Assembly (NCBI GenBank): GCA_001784175.1
Contig: MFPR01000023.1
Span: 1 to 49,605 of the forward strand
From: Candidatus Lindowbacteria bacterium RIFCSPLOWO2_12_FULL_62_27
GTDB taxonomy: Bacteria > Lindowbacteria > 2-12-FULL-62-27
DNA length: 49,605 bases
Direction: 5' to 3'
In this document: positions 9,740 to 19,700 of the stretch, one piece after another
Layout: each line of letters opens with the position of its first letter
Position numbering within the stretch: position 1 is the stretch's first letter
Notes under the pieces: model-generated
Databases searched by the model: none
What the model saw: only the letters and a program-made list of their open reading frames with translations
Told to the model about the DNA's origin: nothing
Made by a program: the position numbers and the translations under genes

Positions 9740-10704
9740 GCGCCTGAACAGGGAAGACAAGTAAAGAATGCAAGGAAGTCCTGCGGGGCCTGTGGCCACA
9801 GGTCCTGCGGCGACGTGACATTGGCGGCACGGGGCAAGATCGAAACTCGAGATCGATCTTAAACCCACCGCCGGCCCACTCCTTTCGGGGAGCGGGCAGT
9901 CTCCTTTCGGCGGTGTCCGAACCGGTCCCATCCCGGTTGGACCCGTTATGTTGGAGACGTTCCTTGCAGGCAGGTCTTCCCAATCGGCGCGCGATGCGGA
10001 AGAGTCCGTTGTCGGGCGAGGTTGTCGTATGAGGGGAGGAGTCTGCCCCTGAAGCCTCTACCGGGAACGGGAATGCGGACCGAGTAGTCCGCGCCCGCTT
10101 CGCGTGTTTTCCTCCGAGGCCCGCGGTTTGTCCGCGGGCTATGGAGGAAGTCTTTCAGGCGCGATGATGTCGGCCTTGCGCTGACATCGATCGCACTCAT
10201 GGACCAACGGTCCGGAGGGCAACCTCCGCCGGGTCCTGAGGTGGTTCATGGTCCTCCGCAGGACGGCTTAAAGGGAGCCGGTCCACCCGACCGGCCGCCA
10301 GATCGACATGGCGGCAGCCGGGAGAAGGTTCCCAGGCCGGACAGCGGCGGGACTTCACCACCGACGGTACCTCGGCGGGGATGGCCCTGCGCCAACGGTC
10401 CTGGAGTCAGGCTCGTACCCCCGTCAGCCGCTCCGCCGCCCGAAAGGGTGCGCGCGGGGCCTGACCGGGAACAGCCGCCTCCGGGGAAGTTCATAGGTGA
10501 GCTTGGAGTAAAAGCTCCAAGGCAGATACCCAGGGAGACGAGTCCGCCCGGAACATTCGGGATTCGGGAAGGACCGGACTTTATCCGTCATTTCGGCCCC
10601 GTTCCTTTGGGTGAGGGGGAAGGACCGCCCCCAACGCGGGTTGGAGAAAATCCCATCCGGGGATTTTCTGAAATTGGAGCGTTGGGGACAGGACATCCGT
10701 GTCC
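9740..10704 (+). ncRNA. Candidate large (~1 kb) structured RNA, class unrecognised
   Basis: About twenty local and nested long-range helices visible by eye, many with G-U pairs on the + strand, and two GNRA tetraloops; no credible protein encoded. See findings. Confidence 0.6.
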
Positions 10705-10708
10705 GCCC

Positions 10709-13700
10709 ATGCGCGGCAGTGTGTTCCGGCGAATGACCGCGCTGTGGATGATGGTCTGCGCCGTGCTGGGTCTGTGGACGGCGCCCGCGCCGGCCGGCCA
10801 TGGGGATACGCACGCGCCCGTCAAGACGGTCATCACGTTTGATACGGTCACGGTGAAGTACATGTGGCCCCTGTGGACCAGCGCCGTGAATCATGACAGT
10901 GACGCTCGATATTCGAACAAGGACTACGAGACGGTCCAGCTTCTGTCGGCGGTCGACGTCACGACGAATCTGGAGACGGCCTACATCGGGCCGCGGGACA
11001 GTGTGATCTTCATAAGACATATTCGGAATCTTGGGAATGGATACGACACGTACCGGGTGCGCGGGGATTCGCAGCCGGGCGTGAATTTTGTCACCGGAAT
11101 CTTTTTGGACGCCGCCGACGGCGACAGCGTGTTTGACGGCAGTGACCCGCCGGCTGCGACGGCGGTGGTGGGCGCGCTCAAGGAGACGGTCGTGCTGGTG
11201 CGCGTCCAAGCGCCGCCAACCGCGGTGGACGGCCAGATCGACACGTTGCTTCTCTCTGCGACGTCCGACGCCGCCGTTCTGTCGGCGGACACCGTGACGC
11301 TGGTGCTGACGCTTGATTCTCAGCCGCCGACCGCCCCGAGCCTGCAGTCGCCGGCGGGCGGATTCGAAACGAACAGCCTGCGGCCGGCGTTCCGATGGGA
11401 CACGTCCGCCGACACGCTGGCCGGTCTGGCCTGGTACCGGTTCGAGCTGGACACGAGCGGCCTGTTCGTGAATCTCGTTCTGTCGGACACGCGGACCGAC
11501 ACGGCCTTCACGCCGGCCGCGGACATGTCCGCCGGCCGGTATTTCTGGCGCGTGCTCGCGGTCGATACGGTCGGCAATGTCAGCCGGTCGAATCCGGATT
11601 CGAACCGCCTCGTCATCGACACAAGCGCCGCCGTGTCGGCGGTCGGGCCGCCGGACGGTCACGAGACGAACGCGGCGGCGGTGCGGTTCGAATGGGCGTC
11701 GACCGAGGCGGAGACGTACACGTGGCAGTTGTCGAAGTCCGCGGCCTTCGCGACGATCGCCGACAGCGCGGTCGACACGCGGGTCACGAGCCTGAACCGG
11801 ACCCTGCCGGACCAGGACACGTACTTCTGGCGCGTGCTCGCGCGGGACACGGCCGGCAATTACGACACGACGGCCGTGCGCGCCCTCCTGCTGGACACCC
11901 TCGTCGGTCAGGTGAGCTTGACGGCGCCGGCCGACGGGCTTGAGACGCAGGCCGCGTCGGTCCCGATCCTGTGGTCCGCCGTGCCGGACAGCGTGGGGAT
12001 CGACTCGTATGCTGTGGAGGTCGCGAAGACCACGGCGTTTTCGGACGTGGTTTTCGCGGACACCGTCGACGGCGTATTCGCGACCGATACGGTCACCGGC
12101 TTGTACAACGACACGTACTTCTGGCGCGTCCGGGCCGTCGACGATCTCGGCAACAGCGGGGCGTATTCGGCCGCGCGCGGATTTGTGACCGACACCAGCG
12201 TCGCCCAAGTCAGCCCGGCCGGTCCGTCGGACGCGCACGAGACGACGAACGCGAGCGTGGTGGTGACCTGGACCGCCGTCGGGGATTCGGTAGGCATCGA
12301 CAGCTACGCGGTGGAGGCGTCGAAGAACGCTGGATTTGAGAGCCTGAGTTTTGTGGACACGGTCGACGGCGCGCTGACGGGCGATACGATCACGGGCCTG
12401 TACAACGACACGTACTATTGGCGCGTTCGGGCCGTCGATGTGCAGGGCAACGGCGGCGCGAACTCGGCGACGCGCGGGTTTGTGGTTGACACCCTCGCCG
12501 GCCAGGTGAATGTGTCGGGCCCGGCGGACGGCCACGAGACGACGAACGTGAACGTGGTCGTCACGTGGACCGCCCTCGCGGACTCGGTGGGGATCGACAG
12601 CTACGCAGTGGAGGCGTCGAAGAGCGCGGCGTTTGCGAGCGTCGCGTTTGCGGACACAGTCGACGGCGCGTTGACGGGCGATACGATCATGGGCCTGTAC
12701 AACGACACGTATTATTGGCGCGTGCGTGCCATCGACGATCTGGGGAACGCAGGCGCGAACTCGACGGCGCGAGGATTTGTGGTCGACACCCAGGTCGAAG
12801 CGGTGAGTGTGACGGCGCCGTCGGACGCGCACGAGACGACGAACGCGAGCGTAGTGGTGAGTTGGACGGCGGTGGGCGCCGACACGGTGGGGATCGACAG
12901 TTACGTCGTGGAGGCGTCGAAGACCGTCGCGTTTGCCGAGGTCGTGTTTGCGGATACGACCGACGGGACGAATACGACAGACACGATCACCGGTCTCTAC
13001 AATGACACGTATTACTGGCGCGTGCGCGCGGTCGACGATCTGGGGAACGCCGGCGCGAACTCGGCGACCCGGGGATTTGTGGCCGACACCCACGTGGGCC
13101 AGGTCAGCCTGTCGATGCCCGCGGACGGCCATGAGACGACGAGCGTGAGCGTGGTCGCCACGTGGACTGCGGTGGCGGATTCGGTGGGGATCGACAGCTA
13201 CGCGGTGGAGGCGTCGCCGAGCGCGGCGTTTTCGATCGTCGTGTTTGCGGATACGACCGACGGGACAACTACGGCAGATACGATCACCGGTCTGTACAAT
13301 GACACCTACTACTGGCGCGTCAGGGCGGTCGACGATCTTGGCAACGGCGGAGCGGTATCGACTGCCCGGGGCTTCGTGGTCGACACATCGATCGGACAGG
13401 TGAGCGTGACGGGTCCGACGGACGGACACGAGACGACCAACGCGAGCGTGGTGGTGACGTGGACTGCGGTGGCGGACTCGGTAGGGATCGACAGCTACGC
13501 GGTGGAGGCGTCGAAGAGCGCGGCGTTCGCCTCTGTCGTGTTTGCGGATACAACCGATGGGACGAATACGACGGATACAATCACCGGACTATACAACGAC
13601 ACATACTACTGGCGTGTCCGCGCGATCGACGAAGCCGGCAATGCCGGCGTCAACTCGGCGGCGCGCGGATTCGTGGTGGACACGGCAGTGGAGCAGGTCA

Positions 13701-16700
13701 GTCTGTCGTTGCCGGCGGATGGACACGACACGACGAATGCAAGCGTCGTCGTGAGCTGGGCGGCCGTTGGAGCGGACAGCGTCGGGATCGACAGTTACGT
13801 GGTGGAGGCGTCCAAGAGCGCGGCGTTCGCGGCGGTCGTGTTTGCGGACACGACCGATGGGGCGAATACGACCGACACGATCACGGGTCTGTACAATGAC
13901 ACGTACTACTGGCGCGTGCGGGCGATCGACGATCTGGGGAATGCCGGCGCAAACTCTGCCACGCACGGGTTTGTGGTCGACACAGCCGTCGGTCAAGTGA
14001 GTGCGACCGGCCCGGCCGACGGCCACGAGACGACGAACGTAAGCGTGGTCGTCACGTGGAGCGCGGTCGCGGACTCGGTGGGGATCGACAGCTACGCGGT
14101 GGAGGCGTCGAAAAGCGCGGTGTTCGCCGGCATGGCGTTTGCCGACACGGTGGAGGGCGCGCTGACGGGCGACACAGTAACGGGTCTGTACAATGACACG
14201 TACTTCTGGCGTGTCCGTGCGATCGACGATCTGGGCAACGGCGGCGCCTATTCGGCCGCCCGCGCCTTCGTTGTGGATACGTCCATCGAGCAGGTTGTGG
14301 CGGTGTCTCCGTCGGACGGGCACGAGACAACGAGCGCAAGTGTCGTGGTGAGCTGGACGGCGGTCGGCGCGGACAGTGTGGGGATCGACAGTTACGTGGT
14401 GGAGGCTTCGAAGTCGGCCGGATTTGTCGCGATCGTGTTTGTGGATACGACGGATGGGACGAATACGGCAGATACGATCACAGGCCTGTACAACGACACG
14501 TACTACTGGCGCGTGCGCGCGGTCGACGACGTGGGCAACATCAGCGCGAACTCATCGACCCGCGGATTTGTGGTGGATACGGCGGTCGCCCAAGTGAGCG
14601 TATCGAGTCCCGCCGCCGGGCATGAAACTACGAACGTGAGCGTCGTTGTTGCGTGGAGCGCGGCGTCGGATTCGGTCGGCATCGACAGCTACGCGGTGGA
14701 GGCGTCGAAGAGCACGGCGTTTGCCGATGTCGTGTTTGTGGATACGACCGATGGGACGAATGCGACAGATACGATCACTGGTCTGTACAATGACACCTAC
14801 TACTGGCGTGTCCGCGCGATCGACGATCTCGGAAACATCGGAGCGGTCTCGACCGCCCGGGGCTTCGTGGTCGACACGTCGATCGGACAGGTGAGCGTGA
14901 CGAGTCCGGCGGACGCGCACGAGACGACCAACGCGAGCGTGGGGGTGACGTGGAGCGCGGTGTCGGATTCTGTGGGAATTGACAGCTACGCGGTGGAGGC
15001 GTCGAAGAGCACGGCGTTTGCCGCGGTCGTGTTTGTGGATACGACCGATGGGACGAATACGACCGATACGATCACCGGGCTGTACAACGACACATACTAT
15101 TGGCGCGTGCGCGCGATCGACGATGTCGGTAACGTCGGCGCCGCCTCCGCAACCCGCGGGGTTTTGGTTGACAGCGGCGCCGGGCAGGTCGCGCTCGTGT
15201 CGCCCGCCACGAACTCGTCGACATCGGATTCCACGCCGACGCTCACGTGGGCCGCGCTGTCCGACAGCGTCGGGATCGATTCGTACGTGATCGAGGTGTC
15301 GCTCAGCGCTTCGTTTGCCTCCTTCGTGTTCACGGACACGGTAGACGGAACGCTGATAAGCGACACTCCGACAGCGCTGGCCGAATCTACGTATTACTGG
15401 CGCGTCCGGGCGATCGACCAGCTCGGGCAGGCCGGCCAGAATTCCGATTCCTTCATCTTCCGGATTGACACGGGCATCTCGCTGACCCTGACCAATCCGC
15501 CGGCCAATCACGACACCAACGCGGCCACCCTCCGGTTTGAATGGGACGCCGACGCCGACACCTTCACGTGGCAGCTTTCCAAGTCCTCGACGTTCGCGAC
15601 GATTTCCGACAGCGTCGTCGACACGCGCGTGACCAGCCTTGTCCGCACGTTGCCCGAGCCTGACACTTTCTACTGGCGCGTCATCGCCCGCGACACCGCC
15701 TCGAATTACGACACCGCCACCGGACGCCGGCTGATCCTGGACACGGCGGTCGAGCAGGTGACCGTGACCGCGCCGGCGGACGGCCACGAAACGACGAACG
15801 TGAGCGTGACGGTGAGCTGGACGGCGATCGGCGCCGACAGCGTCGGGATCGACAGCTACGTGGTGGAGGCATCGAAGTCGGTTGGATTCGCCGAGGTCGT
15901 GTTTGTGGATACAACGGATATGACGAATACGACAGATACGGTCACAGGCCTGTACAACGACACATACTTCTGGCGCGCGCGCGCGGTGGACAATGTTGGA
16001 AACGTGGGTGCGAATTCCACGGCACGCGGCTTCGTGGTCGACACGGCCGTGGGGCAAGTGAGCCTGGCGAGTCCGGCGGACGCGCACGAGACGACCAACG
16101 CGAGCGTGGGGGTGACGTGGAGCGCGGTGTCGGATTCGGTGGGGATCGACAGCTACGCGGTGGAGGCGTCGAAGGGCACGGCGTTTGCCGCAGTCGTGTT
16201 TGCGGATACGACCGATGGGACGAATACGGCAGATACGATCACCGGTCTGTACAACGACACATACTTCTGGCGCGTCCGCGCGGTCGACGATCTCGGAAAC
16301 ATCGGCGCGAACTCGGCCGCCCGCGGGTTCGTGGTCGACACGTCGATCGCGCAGGTGAGCGTGTCGAGTCCGGCGGACGCGCACGAGACGACCAACGCGA
16401 GCGTGGTGGTGACGTGGAGCGCGGTGTCGGATTCGGTGGGGATCGACAGCTACGCGGTGGAGGCGTCGAAGAGCTCGGCGTTCGCCTCGGTCGTGTTTGC
16501 GGATACGCCCGATGGGACGAATACGACAGATACGATCACGGGGCTGTACAATGACACGTACTACTGGCGCGTCCGCGCGATCGACGATGTGGGAAATGCG
16601 GGAGCGAATTCCACAGCGCGCGGCTTCGTGGTCGACACGGCCGTGGACCAGGTGGGTGCGGCCAGCCCGGCGGATGGCCACGAGACGACGAACGCGAGCG

Positions 16701-19700
16701 TGGTGGTGAGCTGGAGTGCGATAGGCGCGGACACGGTGGGGATCGATTCGTACGTGGTCGAGGCCGCGAAGAGCGCCGCGTTTGCGAGCGTGCTCTTTGC
16801 CGACAGCGTGGACGCGGGCCTGACGAGCGACACGATCACGGGCCTGTACAACGACACATACTTCTGGCGCGTCCGTGCGGTCGACGATCTGGGCAACGTC
16901 GGCGCCAACTCGACGGCCCGCGGGTTCGTGGTCGACACCGCGATCGCGCATGTAAGCGCGGCCGCGCCGGCGGATGGGCACGAGACGAACGCGACCCCCG
17001 TGCGTGTGTCGTGGTCCACCGCGAGCGACAGTGTTGGGATTGATTCGTATGCGGTGGAGGCGTCGAAGAGCACGGCGTTTGCCGCGGTCGTGTTTGTGGA
17101 TACGACAGATGGGACGAATACGACAGATACGATCACCGGACTGTACAACGACACATACTATTGGCGCGTGCGCGCCATCGACGATCTCGGCAACAGCGGC
17201 GCCTTCTCGACCGGCCGGGGATTCCTCATCGATACGGCGATCGGACAGGTCGTTCTTGCGACGCCGGCGAGCTACACGATGACGACCGACTCGACGCCCG
17301 CCCTGACGTGGACCGCGCTGACCGACAGTGCCGGCATCGATTCGTATGTGGTGGAAGTGTCGGCCAGCCCGGCGTTCGCGGCGCTGTCGTTCGCCGACAC
17401 CGTCGACGGTACGAAGGCCGCCGACACGACAGCCGTGCTTGCCGATTCCACCTATTACTGGCGCGTGCGCGCGATCGATGCGGTCGGAAACGTCGGCGCC
17501 AATTCCGAATCGTCCGTCCTGCGCGTCGATACCGGCGTGAGCGTGTCGCTGAGCAGTCCGGCGGACGGCCACGAAACGAACAGCGCGACTGTGACGTTTG
17601 CCTGGTCGTCCGCCGATGCGGAGACCTACACGTGGCAGCTTTCCAAGAGCGCCGCGTTCACGACCGTGATCGACAGCGTGGTCGACTCCACCGCGACGGA
17701 AGTTCGCCGGACGCTGCCCGATCAGGACACATTCTTCTGGCGCGTCATCGCGAGGGACACGGTCGGAAACGTCGACACGACCATCCGGCGGATCGTGATC
17801 CTCGACACCCGCGTTGATTCGGTGACGGTGGTTGGCCCCGAAAACGGGCACGAAACCAACGTCGCATACCCGGCGCTGTCCTGGACCGTGCCGGCCGACA
17901 GCGTGGGGATCGACAGTTTCGTAGTCGAGGTTTCCAAGAGCATCGCCTTCACGAGCCTGGCGCTCGCCGACACGATCGACGGCACGCGGACCGGCGACAC
18001 GCTGATCGGCGTGTACAACGACACCTATTACTGGCGCGTGCGGGCCATCGATCGCGTGGGCAACGTGGGACCCAACTCCGACACGCGAGGATTCCTCGTG
18101 GATACGGCGGTCGGAACCGTGACGCTCGTCTCGCCCGTGAGCGGCACGGTGACCAGTGACACGACGCCGACCCTGAGCTGGAACGCGCCGGCCGACAGCG
18201 TGGGCATCGATTCGTACGCGATTGAAGTGTCCGGAAACCTGTCGTTCGCCGCCCTCGTGTTCGCGGACACCGTCGACGGCGCCCTGACCGCCGACACCGT
18301 GACGGCGCTGACCGATTCGGCGTATTACTGGCGCGTGCGCGCCGTGGACGATATGGGGAACTTCGGCCCGTCCTCGGACACGTTCACGCTGTCCATCGAC
18401 ACCGGCTTGAAGGTCACGCTCACCGGCCCGGCCGACGGCCATGAAACGAATTCGGCGGCGGTCCGGTTCTCGTGGACGGCGGACGCCGACACCTTTACCT
18501 GGCAGCTTTCCAAGACCGCTGCGTTCACGACGATCGTCGACAGCGCCGTCGATACGAACGTGTCGAGCCTCGTGCGGAGTCTGCCGCAGGAGGACACGTT
18601 CTACTGGCGGGTGATCGCGAAGGACACGGTATCGAATTCTGACACGAGCGCCGCCCGCGGCCTGATCGTCGACACGTCGGTCCGGCAGGTGACCGCGGCC
18701 GCGCCTGCCGCCGGCCACGAGACGGCGAATACGCAGCCGGTGACGGCATGGAGCGCCGTGGCGGACAGCGTGGGGATCGACAGCTACGCGGTGGAAGTCT
18801 CCAAGGCCGCGGCCTTCACGAGCGTAATCTTTGCCGACACGATCGATGGCGCGATCCTCAGCGACACGCTGACGGGTCTGTACAACGACACGTATTTCTG
18901 GCGCGTGCGCGCGATCGATGACCTGGGCAACGTTGGCCTGCCCTCCGACTCGCGGGGCATCCTCATCGACACCTTCGCGCCGAAGGTCACGCTCTCGGCG
19001 CCGGCGGACCTCCACGAAACAAACAACGCCACGCCGGTGGTGGGCTGGACTGCGGTGTCGGACAGCGCCGGGGTCGACAGCTATGTAGTGGAAGCCGCAA
19101 AGAACGCGGCCTTCACAAGCCTCGTCTTCGCCGATACGGTGGCCGGCGCGCGCACGAGCGATACGCTGGGGAATCTGTACAACGACACCTATTACTGGCG
19201 TGTCCGCGCGATCGATGTGCTCGGAAACGTCGGCCAGAATTCGGACACGCGCAAGATTCTGCTCGACACGCAGGGCGCCTCGGTCAATCTGGCCGGCCCG
19301 GCGAATGGCTCGGTGACGACGGACACGACGCCGACCTTCTCATGGCAGGCGGTCAGCCAGGTCGGGATCGACAGTTTCGTGCTGATGGTATCGCGCGCCT
19401 CGACCTTCCAGCCGCTGGACTTCGTCGACACGGTCGACGGCGCGATCATGAGCGACACGGCAACGATCCTGGTGGAGGACACCTACTACTGGAAAGTCAT
19501 CGCGATCGACAACGCCGGCAACACGCCGGCCTCCGCCGCATGGACGCTCCTTGTCGACACGGCGTCTCCGACCGCCCCGACGCTGGTCGCGCCGGCCTAC
19601 GGGCATGAGACGTCGAACCTGAAGCCGTACTTCACGTGGACGACGTCCTCCGACAAGGTCAGCGGCGTCTATGCCTACCGGCTCGAGATTTCGACCGATT

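Noticed and set aside
9723-10600. RNase P, group I/II intron, tmRNA or c-di-GMP riboswitch identity for the structured region
   Set aside because: GAGGAAAG at 9728 is not followed by TCC and no 3' P4 partner is seen; no domain V, P7 pair, T-loop/CCA end or GEMM motif found by eye. An Rfam scan is still needed.
10199-10708. 170-aa Pro/Gly-rich N-terminal extension of the giant ORF
   Set aside because: No SD, no recognisable fold, lies in the hairpin-dense region, and a normal signal peptide starts at 10709.
10424-19015. Long antisense ORFs (1001 aa, 1487 aa) and similar ones opposite other genes
   Set aside because: Expected stop-free shadows of GC-biased, repetitive coding strands.
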